A stretch of 64,000 bases of DNA, taken from Octopus sinensis. Taxonomy: Eukaryota. The translations under genes were made by a program, and so were the position numbers. Below are positions 23,508-35,782 of the stretch, one piece after another (the first letter of the stretch is position 1; every line of letters begins with the position of its first letter). The notes beneath the pieces were generated by a model. The model saw nothing but the letters and a program-made list of their open reading frames with translations, had not been told where the DNA came from and ran no database searches. Location of the stretch: NCBI RefSeq assembly GCF_006345805.1, contig NW_021835974.1, positions 1 through 64,000 on the forward strand, given 5' to 3'.

Positions 23508-24366
23508 CAGCAGTAGTAGTAGTAGTAATAGTAGTAGTAGCAGCGGTAGTAGTAGTAGTAGTAGTAGTAGTAGAAGTAGTAGTAGTAGCAGCAACAACAG
23601 TAGTAGTAGTAGTAGTAGTAGCAGCAGCAGCAACAGTAGTAGTAGTAGTAGTAGTAGTAGTAACAGCAACGGAGGTGGCTGTTGAAAGTAAAAGTGAAGG
23701 CGATGACGGGTGTTCCTTTTTGGTGGTAGCGACGATGGTGGTGGCCGTAGTGGTGATAGTGGTGGTGGTGGTGGTTGTCGTCGTCGTAGTGACCGTCGTG
23801 GTGATGACAGTGGTGGTGGTGATGGTGGCGGTGTTGGCCCTGGTGGTGGTTACGGTGACGATCATAATGACGTCCATGATGATAATTGTTACGATTGCTA
23901 TCAGGCTGTCATCAGTTTTATTTGGTTATTACCACTGCTGCTGTTGTTGTTATTGTTGTTGTTGTCATATTCCCCATTATATTATTGTTTGCTATATATA
24001 TAATGACTATGTTAATTTCTTTTATTTGTTTCTCTCCCACCACCACCAACACCACCACCATCGCCATCACCACCTTCCTCGCTGTCAACCTCTTCTCTTT
24101 ATATTTGATATTTTTATTTGCTGAGATAATTTATCATAGTTTATTTATTTTATTAATTGTAATATTTTTGTGGTTTATTAACGCGACTTATTCCAAATTC
24201 CCATAAATGGTAACTTTCTTCGGAGTTCAAATAATTAATCTAAGGAATTCTCTGACAAAATTTCTTTTATTTTGTTTTCGTATTTTATTTTATTTTATTA
24301 TTTTTCGTGTCTTTTAAACTTCCCTAAAAATATTAACAAACGAGCACAAACAACAACAACAACAAC

Positions 24367-24416
<50 letters not shown>

Positions 24417-24430
24417 TAATAATAATTCTT
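21280..24430. repeat. Trinucleotide microsatellite field (ATT, ATC, GTT, GGC/GGT, AGT, AAT)
   Basis: Direct reading; short unique spacers in between. Confidence 0.85.
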
Positions 24431-25070
24431 TCTTCTGTAAGTACAAGGCCTGAAATTTAGTGGGGAGGTGGGGGACAGGTGATTAAATCGATCCCAAGGT
24501 TTCACTGGTACTTAATTTATCGACCCCCAAAGGATGAAAGGCAAAGTCGACCTCGGCGGAATTTGTACTCAGAACGTAGCGGCAGACGAAATACCTATTT
24601 CTTTACTACCCACAAGGGGCTAAACACAGAGGGGACACACTGGGACAGACAAACGGATTAAGTCGATTATATCGACCCCAGTGCGTAACTGGTACTTATT
24701 TAATCGACCCCGTAAGGATGAAAGGCAAAGTCGATCTCGGCGGAATTTGAACTCAGAACGTAAAGACGGACGAAATACCGCTAAGCATTTCGCCCGGCAT
24801 GCAAACGATTCTGCCAGCTCGCCGCCTAATAATAATAATAATATCCCTTTCTACTGAAAGCACAAGGTCTAAAATTTTTGTGGGAGGGGACTAGTCGATT
24901 ACATCGACTCCAGTGTGTAACTGGTACTTATTTCATCGATCCTGAAAGGATGGAAAGCAAAGTCAACCTAAGCGGAATTTGAACTCGGAACATAACGACG
25001 GACGAAATTCCGCTAAGCCTTACTTTCCACATGCTAACGATTCTGCCAACTCGCCGCCTTAAAATTTCTA
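24428..25070 (-). mobile_element. Family A SINE dimer (24428-24827) plus a further copy (24845-25070)
   Basis: On the minus strand the tail ...AAAGAAATA joins GGTATTTCGTCTG as at 7.5-8 kb; the second unit has the alternative tail. Confidence 0.8.
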
Positions 25071-25507
25071 CTACTACTACTACTACTATTAAGAAGAAGA
25101 AAAAGAAGAAAAAGAAGAAGAAGAAGAGAAGAAGAAGAAAAGAAGAAGAGGAAGAAGAAGAAGAAAAAGAAGAAGAAGAAGAAGAAGAAGAAGAAGAAGA
25201 AGAAGAAGAAGAAGAAGAAGAAGAAGAAGAAGAAGAAGAAGAAGAAGAAGAAGAAGAATTCATAAAGATTGACGTGACTCTTCACGAAGGTAAGTATGTC
25301 GTGTACGATTCTAAGGTAAGTAAATAGAGTACAATTGAGTGTTGTTTTGCTGCGTGTTCTGTAGTAAATCCGACTTTAGTTGAGCCTTCGACAGATTTCT
25401 TACCCTTCGACAGATATGTTACGCCTTTCCAAATGGGCTGCATGCATTGTTCAACTGCTTGCTTTGTGGCAATTTCTAAACGTCTATTTTTTTAAAGATA
25501 TATAGAG

Positions 25508-25651
25508 AATACCAAACGAGTTCCCTATGGATACCGTATTTATTACAACGAGTGGCTTGTAAACGTATCTAACGAGCGAAAGCGAGTTAGATACGTTTAC
25601 AAGCCACGAGTTGTAATAAATACGGTATCCATAGGGAATGAGTTTGGTATT
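25508..25651. repeat. 144-nt hairpin, 70-bp arms, GC-GAAA-GC apex, three tandem G.A internal loops
   Basis: Symmetry axis at 25579.5; GA/GA at 25518-19/25640-41, 25550-51/25608-09 and 25574-75/25584-85. Confidence 0.9.
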
Positions 25652-26878
25652 TTATTTATTACACACGAATAAACGACCATATTTTAATCTTAAAAAAATC
25701 ATTCACCTTGATATCGACAACAGTAGCCATCTTGTTGATAGATCTACCTGCACTGCAAGAGTATCGACGAGCAGACGAAATATGTTGTGATTTTTTTGGC
25801 AACAAATAATTGAATAACCACCAGAAATGTTTACATTTTATGTGTATATGACTTTAAGTGATATCTGGTATAAAAAAGATAGTATGTTTGTTTAATTACA
25901 TGGCTACATTCTACCTGCTCGTGAAAGTAATGAATGAAGTTTAGTTGTAACTTATGAATGACAAAAGTAGTGCCGTCACCGTGACCTCGGGTCATCACCA
26001 TGGATTGACCAATCACAGCGCTCGCAGTATCTGATATATGTTAGATACCAAAAATATCTTAAAGTGTTCTCTCTCACATGTGTCTAATAAAGCTTTGTAC
26101 ACTATGGTACGTTTGTTTGTACAGTCTGTAATATCTGGAGGTGTGTTTATCGAAACACATCCTTCTTGTTTTCTTTTTAACATGTTTCTGTAAGTCTCTG
26201 AGACATTCTACAGAAGCATAAATGAATACATTTCTAGGCTTTGCCACTGAAGCAAAACCCTCGGCGGTTTAATACATTGGGTTGTTATTCTTATTGTTGT
26301 TGTTGAGTGTTCAATGTGTTAGTGTTAGTGGTGGTAGTGGGAGGGCTTGGATTCACAGGTGTTGCGACGCTAGCAGCGTCCATTTGCTGAATTTCCTTGC
26401 TCTTTTCTTCTTCCTTCTCGCGTTTCTTTTCTTCTTTTCCTTCTGTTGCTTAGCATCGCACGTGCTAGCAAGACTTTGTTCGTCCCTTTCTCGGGCTCTC
26501 AAAGCACGGAGAGGGCGGACACAATTAATTCTAAAACTTTTTTCGGCTGTTTTCCGACAGCAGATGGGGGAAGTCAAAAAGAAAGGATGAGCTGACACTC
26601 ATCCAACAAGGACATCTTGCAAATTTTAAAATTGAAAAATGAAGAATTTAAATCGAAAATTTGCCCCAAAAGGTATCAAGTCCCGTCTAATCGCTCTGCT
26701 CAGCAAGAGCCCAGTCGGCCTGGCCACAGAAGTGTCGTAAAGAAATTTTCAGATACAACAATATTACCTGTAAAAATTGAACAAAAACTTACAGCTCACG
26801 AACACACGTCCTTCTTCTCTGAAATCCACCAGCAGAGTCCGGTAGTAGTAGTAGTAGTAGTAGTAGTAAGTAGTAGTA

Positions 26879-26927
<49 letters not shown>

Positions 26928-27234
26928 GGCTTACCATCCCTACAGGAAGTGCAAAAAATCGTATTAACTGGAACGGCTCATGTACTGAGAAGAGCACTAT
27001 CGTTGTGAAAATAACATCCATCCATGAATTTATTTATTTATTAATTTTTAAATACATATTTTATCTGTGAATTTGCGCGTGTAATCTGGGAATGCATACA
27101 ATGAGCTTCTCTGCCCTAGGTGTATGGAAAACACTCGGCGAGAAACGGAAGAAAATTTGAAGAAAGAAGGAAAAAACATAATAATAATAATAATAATAAT
27201 AATATTAATAATAATAATGATACAATGTTGGCAA

Positions 27235-27680
27235 TTTCGGGGGATGTTTAAATCGATTAAATCAACCCCAGCGCTCACTTGGTACTTATTTTATCGATCC
27301 CACTAGGATGAAAGGTAAGTCAACCTCAGCGGTATTTGAACACAGAACGTAAAGATGGACGCTAAGCATTTTGCCCAGTTTGCTAACGATTCTGCCAGAT
27401 CGCCGCCTTAATTTATATTAGTACCGTTTCCTTATTTTTCTCTCGTTAAGGCGGCGAGCTGGCAGAAACGTTAGCACGCCGGGCGAAATGCGTAGCCGTA
27501 TTCCGTCTGTCGTTACGTTCCGAGTTCAAATTCCGCCGAGGTCGACTTTGCCTTTCATCCTTTCGGAGTTCTTAAATTAAGTACCAGTTACGCACTGGGG
27601 TCAATGTAATCGACTTAATCCGTTTGTCTGTCCTTGTTTGTCCCTTCTGTGTTTAGCCCCTTGTGAGTAGTAAAGAAATA
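27235..27680. mobile_element. Two family A SINEs head to head (27235-27408 minus, 27449-27680 plus)
   Basis: Core and head motifs present in both orientations. Confidence 0.8.
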
Positions 27681-28634
27681 TATTATAATTATGATGAGGA
27701 TGACGACGATGAAGTTGACGAAGAGGAAGTGAAAGAGGACAAGGCTGATAATGATGAATAAGAGGAAAAATGATGACGAGCATGGTGATGATGAAGTGGG
27801 GGAGAAGATGGAACTTGACCATGATGGTGAGCATTATGAAGAAGGAAGAGGAGAAGGATATAGATAACGATGATGAACTATAATTATGATGATGGTGATG
27901 ATGATGACGACAATGATGATAGTTGTGGTAACGAAGGCGGTAGTGATGATGAGAATGAAGATGATTACGATGATGAAGATGGTAGGGAGAAAGAGGAAGA
28001 TATGAAAGTGGATCATGATTATAACAGTGATGATGATTATGGAACGATGATGATGATGCTGATGATGAATTTCATTCCTCACCATCATCATCCTTATCAT
28101 CGTCGTAATTACCATTATCAAGTTAATCCTAATTAACATAATTATGATATTAATATAATAATGATAAAAATAATATCAAACCAAAATAAAAATTTCATAA
28201 AGACAATTCTAGAAGTTAACATCCATGGACGTTTCACGGCTCTTAGATTATTGGAAGCCTATAACGAAGCATGCAATACAAGAATTCTTTTGAAATTGAA
28301 TTATTTGAAAATGAATTTTAATGCTTGTGATACATGAGACTAGTACCGAAAGAACAGTCTTACGAAAGAAGGGAGAGAAAAGAGAGGAGTGGAGAAAATA
28401 CGGAAAACATGGAGTCCCGGAATAGTTCGCAGAAAGATTGATAGTGGGGGTGATATTTGGAAAAAAGAAACTACTTATATATTTTTTTTAATATAAAATA
28501 TATAAACCTCATACTGAACTAAATGTTAATTCCCAAAAAAATCTACTAGAGAAATTATGTAAAATCCTTCGATGAAATGAAGTTCATTAGACGCTTTCCG
28601 GTGTCAAAATATGAATTTTCTCCTGTGTATGCAG

Positions 28635-28736
28635 AGACTGGAGGTCTCTGTCTTAGCATCAAAGTATCAACCTGGTTTTTTCAATTGCCTGAGAATTATT
28701 ATGGTTTATTTGGCCATGCAGAGCTGGCATCTCTTG
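28635..28736 (+). CDS. Candidate internal exon, 102 nt, phase 1-1 (xTGGLCLSIKVSTWFFQLPENYYGLFGHAELASL)
   Basis: TTTTCTCCTGTGTATGCAG acceptor, G|GTAACT donor, open frame, length a multiple of 3. No homology recognised. Confidence 0.35.
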
Positions 28737-29384
28737 GTAACTTTCGTGCGTGGTTATTACGGTATATATTTGAGTGTGTGGCTGTGCGTGTGTAAGTGTG
28801 TTTGTGTGTATGTGCATGGTTGTGGTATATGTAATTGTATATATTATTTTGGATATGGGTGTATACGTGATTATGTAATTATCTGCATGTATATATGTAA
28901 ATGTGTATAGGTGTGAACGTGTGAATTGCTATTGTTTTTAACAGTGGACAACAAAAACTGATACGTTTAATGTAATTGAAGAGAGAGAAAGAGAGTAAAA
29001 GAGAGAGGAGAAAGTAAACAAGAGAGAAGAGGACAAAAGTGAGAGAGAGAGACGAGTAAAAGAGAGACAAGGGAGTTAAAGAGAGAGAAAGACAAAGAGT
29101 AGAGAGGAGGAAAGGCAACTAGTAGAAAAGTTCATAGTGAAGGAGAGAGGTGGGAATTCAGACAATAAAGAGAAAAACGAAGAAAGTGAGTAGAGAGAGG
29201 GGGAAAGACAACGGAAAGAAGCAAGAGTATCAAGGACCGAGGAAGAAGATGAGAGGGAGAGAGGGAGAATAAAGAGGGAAAAGGGGAAAAAGACAGAGAG
29301 TGAAAATTATATAAGGGAGTAAGAGGAGGGGAGAAGAGATTGAAAAGAGAAGAAAGATAATAGGAGACTGGAGAGGAAATAGCG

Positions 29385-29429
<45 letters not shown>

Positions 29430-29853
29430 GCGAGAAGATGTTTCTTTTTTTTTATTTGAATGAATTTTAGAAATAAAGGAAAATGAAACGAATGAAACAA
29501 AATCTAGAGAAAAAGGAACGAAAACAACAGCAGCAACAACCATCATCGTAATCGACGTTGTCTTCATCATCCCTATCATAGATATCATCATCACCACCAC
29601 CATCATCATCATCATCATCATCGTCGTCGTCGTCGTCGTCGTCTTCCTCGTCGTCGTCGTCGTCGTTATCATCATCACCACCACCACCACTACTATCATC
29701 ATCATCATTATCATGTTTATCATCATCATTGTCGACGCCATCGTCGCCGTAGTCATCATCATCATCATCAGCAGCAGCAGCAGTAGCATCGTCATCGTCA
29801 TTACCATCACCATCACCTTCATTATTGCCGTCGTCATCATCATCATCATCACC

Positions 29854-29909
<56 letters not shown>

Positions 29910-30236
29910 AATTACCATCGTCGTATACTTTCCGCTCTCATTCGATGTCAAAAATCAAATCAAATAAAATATATTAAGCCAACACCATTTTCATAATTCC
30001 CCTCACTCCTTCTCTCTCTTTCTCTCTCTCTCTCTCATATATCCCCTACCAACCGTCCAACCAACCAGCCCACCATCATCACCATTTGTCGCCCTTCGAA
30101 CAATGAGAGAAAAACCCTCGTTATTAATATTATTAATAATATCATTTTCTAAAAATACAAACTTTATAGGATTCACTTTCAATCTCAGCCATCCTTTTCC
30201 CCTACCCTTCCACCCCTGCTCAATATCTCACACACT

Positions 30237-30279
<43 letters not shown>

Positions 30280-30374
30280 CCTTTTCTCACGCCTTTTCTT
30301 TCTATATAGCAAATTCTATATTTCTCTCTAATTGAATTAAGTAATAATTCTAAAGTAAAACATGTAAATATCTA

Positions 30375-30438
<64 letters not shown>

Positions 30439-31004
30439 TTTATTTCAGATTCTTCTATTGGTCGTTATGGAGATGTTTGATCAACTGGCATTATAACAAC
30501 ATTTCAACATTTCAACATTCTATTTTGTCAAATGTCGAAAGAAGTTTTGTTGGCGTTGTTTGTTTGTTAGTTTGTTTGTTTTTTTTTTCAGTTCTTTTCT
30601 AAGTAGGGGTTGGAGGTAGTATAAATTTGTTCTTGTGTGTGTCTCTGCATGTGAGTACGCACTTGCATACGCAAATACATACACATATATATCTAAGTAT
30701 ACATCGCATACTCTGTGTGTGTGTGTGTGGATATGTGTATACTTAAATACACAAAATTTGTGCATACACACAGATGTGAATACTTACATACATATATACA
30801 TACATGCAATCATATACACACATGCCTGTGTATATAAATATATGTAAGTTATATGTGTATGCGTTAAATATATATTATAGACATATGCGTATGTATGTAA
30901 GAGTGTATGTAATATGTATATCTATATCTATCTCAATCTCTCTCTCCCTCTCATTCTCCCTCCCTCTCTCTTCCTCACTGTCTGTCTGTGTCTCTCTGTT
31001 TCTA

Positions 31005-31043
<39 letters not shown>

Positions 31044-31780
31044 CGCACACACACATGTACATATATATATAATAATATAATATATATATACATATTCATA
31101 CATGCGTATATATGTACGAACTTACACATAGACAGACATATATGTGTGTGTGTGCGTGTATGCTTGTATGTATGTATGTATATATCTTTACACACACACA
31201 TACAAACAAACATACGCATATTTTTGAGATGGGGGTGTATATTTCCCTAGAGTGTTCATTTTGTTTTGAAACGTAGTGTATTTTGTTTCCAGAAGTAGGG
31301 AATCATTATAAGAGGGTTTTGGGATGTTGTTTTCATATAGTTTGTGATTTTGTTTTTGGTTTTTCCTTACATTTTCTTAATTTCATTTTTCACTTGTAAT
31401 AAATAACTGTTAACAGACTGTCTATATTCATTTCTCATACGTTTACACGACAAGATGTGTCTATTTTCTCGCATTGAAAACATGTTTAAATATGTTTTCT
31501 CCCATATTTATTCTATTGCTCATCACCTCGTCATCTCTCTCTCTCTCTCTTCCCTTCCTCTCATCCTTCTCCTCCTCCTACTCATATTCTGCTCCCTCTA
31601 TTTCCACATCCCCTGCTTCAACTTATTCTTTCATCACCGCCAACTACCTCCCTACTACCACACGTTAACCTGCTCCGTGTTTTAAAACGTGTGATCCCCT
31701 TTATTGGTTTATAATTCTCCTGCACCACACGTGGGGTAGGTAACTAACTCCATGTTGTTTTACTGGTTCTATTTCGGTAG

Positions 31781-31838
31781 AATTTCGCAACACAGATGCG
31801 CCGTCTTTCAGATATAGTATCCTTCCTCATTATTACAT
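31781..31838 (+). CDS. Candidate internal exon, 58 nt (xFRNTDAPSFRYSILPHYY)
   Basis: TTCTATTTCGGTAG acceptor, AT|GTAAGT donor; phase compatible with 28635-28736. Confidence 0.25.
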
Positions 31839-32012
31839 GTAAGTCAATGAGGAATGATCTCAAGATAGTTTGGCTGTTATATCTAGCTGCCGGGCAACCG
31901 CATATTGATGACTTCTTCATTGCTTATAGTTACTTGTTGTTTATATTTTTCTTTAAGGTTTGGCATTAGCACAAACTATGTATGTATGTATGTATGTATG
32001 TATGTATGTATG

Positions 32013-32950
32013 TCATTGTTCAGTTTTATTTCAAGATTTCCTGGCCCTTTCAAGGCCTTTCAAGGCCCTTTCATTGGAATCAATAACAGGGTATTTTTGT
32101 TTGTTTGTATGTATGTATGTATGTATGTATGTATGTATGTATGTATGTACATGAGCAGATTTGTAAATTTTGTTTTATGTATGTATTCTCATGCATATAC
32201 TTACATATCTAGACATGCTCATATATATTTAAATGATAAACGTCTGGAAAGTTTTACAGATTTTTACAGTTCCAGTGATGGATTGGATCTGTAGTCTTCG
32301 AATTAGCTTTCTCCTTTTTGGTTTTGAGAAGCCGAATTTCTCAAGATTGGTATTTAGGCAGTGTGTTACATATCCCAGTGCCCCAATAATTACAAGTACA
32401 AACCTGAACTTGTAACCTACATAGAGTAACTGCAGATTTCTCAATAGATCAGCTTAGACATTCTCTTTTACTCTGATCTCCAGCTTTACTTTAACATCCG
32501 TTGGGCAGCTAATTTCCACAACTGTACACAATTTCTCTTCTCCATCCCAAATCATTATATCAGGTCTGTTGTGCTTACATAATATTGAGGTCCTCACTGG
32601 AACATTCCACTAGTACTCCTTTTTATTATGAGTGGCTATGGCTTCTACCATACTGTAGGTTCTTATTTCTTTCTCCTCGGGGTTATCCTTCCGACGGATT
32701 TCATTATAGAGTGTCCTAGCTACAGCCTCATGTCTCATCGGTGGATAATACCGTGATGACATTTTCGGACAACTGCTTATGATGTGTGTGATATCGTCAG
32801 TGTGAACTCTACAAAGTCTGAATAGGTGGTCACATTTTATTGCCTTTCCTGCATCTCTGTCCCTTTTGTGCATCGGGTATTTGATTGATATTTCCTGTTC
32901 CTGGATTGCAAACGCATACCCTTCAAAGTGGGAGGTAGTAATCCTGCTAT
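32013..32950 (-). mobile_element. R4/Dong-clade (restriction-endonuclease-type) LINE, 5'-truncated
   Basis: Minus ORFs give a zinc-knuckle remnant RLCRVHTDDITHIISSCPKMSSRYYPPMRHEAVA and C-terminus VIIGALGYVTHCL...SITGTVKICKTF; AATAAA precedes the 3' end. Confidence 0.8.
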
Positions 32951-33039
32951 TGATCTATGATACACTGCTCTGATCATCGATATTACTATCATTATGTATG
33001 TATGTATGTATGTACGTACGTACGTACGTATGTATGTAT

Positions 33040-33600
33040 GTATGTAAACTTCTAGAAAGTTTTACAGATGTTTGCAGTTCTTGTGATGGATTAGATCTGT
33101 AGTCTTCATGTGTGTGTATGTATGTATGTATGTATGTATGTATGTATGTATGTATGTATGTATGTATGTGTGTATGTATGTTTGTGTGTATGTATGTATG
33201 TTTTTCTTTGAGTTTTTTTAAAGTTCTTCTCAAGAGTGTTTGTAAATATGTGGGGGAGTGGGTGTGCTGGTTGAGCTATCGATGCACGCCCCTAAATATG
33301 TGCAGCCATTCACCAAAAGAATCTCAGTTGGACAATCTTTGAGATATCTTACAGATCTTCACTGTGCCATTAATAGATAAGATTTGGAGAAACACGTCAG
33401 TTTTTGCTTTTTTGGTCTTTCATCGAAAAACCTAATATTTCTAGTCTTTTGTGCAAATTTGTCGGTATATAGCCTAACGTACTTGTGCTTATAAGTGCAA
33501 ATGAGAATTTATAGTCGGAGGACAAGAGCTGTAAGTTCCACATTAATTTGCTATAAATGTTCTCTTTTTCCTGGACCTTTGATTGTATATTCAGAATGCA
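33040..33600 (-). mobile_element. Further fragments of the same R4-clade LINE within (TATG)n
   Basis: 33045-33108 matches 32240-32300; 33370-33595 encodes KVQEKENIYSKLMWNLQLLSSDYKFSFALISTSTLGYIP. Confidence 0.7.
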
Positions 33601-33602
33601 TG

Positions 33603-33633
<31 letters not shown>

Positions 33634-33706
33634 GTATGTATGTATGTATGTATGTATGTATGTATGTATGTATGTATGTATGTATGTATGTATGTATGTA
33701 TGCATG

Positions 33707-33738
<32 letters not shown>

Positions 33739-33742
33739 CATG

Positions 33743-33776
<34 letters not shown>

Positions 33777-34399
33777 TGTGTATGTATGTATGTATGTTAG
33801 AACGTATGTGTGTATGTATATATATATATATATGTATCTGTGTGTGTATGTATGTATTATGTATGTATGCATGTCTATGTATATCTATGTATGTATGTCT
33901 ATGTATATGTATGTATGTATGTATGTATGTATATTATGTATGTATGTATGTATGTATGTATGTATGTATGTATGTATGTATGTATGTATGTATGTAGGCA
34001 ATCGGATTGATTTTGCTGGTAAATCAAACATACAGCCTTATCACCCACTCTTTCAAGCTCCGATTATGTCTGATAATTATGTTAAGAGTAAAAGTGTCTA
34101 TGGAGTACTCAGCCACTTTCACGCTTATTCACTGAACAGCAGATAATTCACTTGATCTAATGACTGAATGCTCATCATCGAAACTGACGGAGCACCATCC
34201 GTGTACATAGGAAAGGACAGAGAAAGACAGACAGAAAGACAGACGGACGGATGGATGCATGGATGGATGCATGCATGGATGGATGGATAGATGGATGGAT
34301 GGATGGATGGATGGATGGACATAGGGGCAGGCAGACAAAGAGACAGAAAAATCACATAATAGACAGGCAAGCAGAAAAATAGATCAACAGTGATTAGAG

Positions 34400-34493
34400 A
34401 TAGAGATATACAGAGAGGGGGGGGTTAAATATATAATAAACAGACAGATGGGCAGACAGATAAACACAACCAGACAGACAAGCAGACAGACAC

Positions 34494-34566
<73 letters not shown>

Positions 34567-34979
34567 AATAGAGAGAGAGACAGACAGACAGGCAGACTGG
34601 CAGACACACACACAGGCAGGCAGGCAAGCAGGCAGACAGACAGACAGACAGACAGATAGATAGATAGATAAGTTTCTTTATTGGCCACGCTGGGCTGCGC
34701 ACAGATGGGACAAGTTACAAGGTAGAGCTTTTCTTTTGGGGGATGAAAAAAACAAAAAACAAAAGAAACAAAAAAAAGGGGTGGCGTAGGTTTTCGATCA
34801 AGAGGGATCGTAAAAGGGAAGAAAAGAACAAAAAAAAACCAGATAGATAGCTAGACAGAAAAATCAAACAGATAGACAGACAGATATAGATAGACAGATA
34901 GACAGGCAGACAGACAGACAGATAGACAGACAGACATACAGGCAGGCAGGCAGACAGACAGACAGACAGAGAGACAGAC

Positions 34980-35054
<75 letters not shown>

Positions 35055-35178
35055 CAGAAAAATCAAACAGATAGACAGACAGATATAGATAGACAGACAG
35101 ACAGGCAGACAGACAGACAGACAGGCAGGCAGGCAGACAGGCAGACAGACAGACAGACAGACAGATAGACAGACAGAC

Positions 35179-35253
<75 letters not shown>

Positions 35254-35361
35254 AAAATCAAACAGATAGACAGACAGATATAGATAGACAGACAGACAGG
35301 CAGACAGACAGGCAGGCAGGCAGGCAGACAGACAGACAGACAGACAGACAGATAGACAGAC

Positions 35362-35428
<67 letters not shown>

Positions 35429-35435
35429 CAGACAA
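34400..35435. repeat. (AGAT/AGAC/AGGC)n microsatellites; 34850-35430 forms a 3-copy higher-order repeat of about 197 bp
   Basis: Marker AATCAAACAGATAGACAGACAGATATAG at 34862, 35061 and 35256. Confidence 0.9.
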
Positions 35436-35655
35436 TGTTATTTGACTGTCTTCAGTGATAAGTAACGATAAGAAAAATTAGTCAGTTTCTAACTGACATT
35501 GAAAGATTTGACAGACAACAAAGAATTCCAGACTGAAACCCGTTAAAGTCGAACATGAAGACGTTAATGTTGTTTGCCTGAGCTGTCAAAATATTTCTAT
35601 TTAATGAAAATAAAAGATACAGATCGACGAAGGATTGGAGTGACGTGACAGAGAA

Positions 35656-35782
35656 ATGAACGACAACCACAACAAACAAGAAGCGGAGGCGTCAGGGGTT
35701 CGTATCGTTGCATTGCCAAAGTATTTGAAAAACGATTCAAGGAGAGTACTTGTACTTTTATTTGCTGTGGCATTCACCCTGA
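35656..35782 (+). CDS. Candidate exon or short ORF (MNDNHNKQEAEASGVRIVALPKYLKNDSRRVLVLLFAVAFTL)
   Basis: ATG at 35656, consensus donor GA|GTGAGT at 35783, hydrophobic stretch after RR; unspliced ORF ends at 35826. Confidence 0.25.

Noticed and set aside
33997-34200. Protein-like frame GNRIDFAGKSNIQPYHPLFQAP
   Set aside because: The sequence is an inverted copy of the repeat at 5200-5340.
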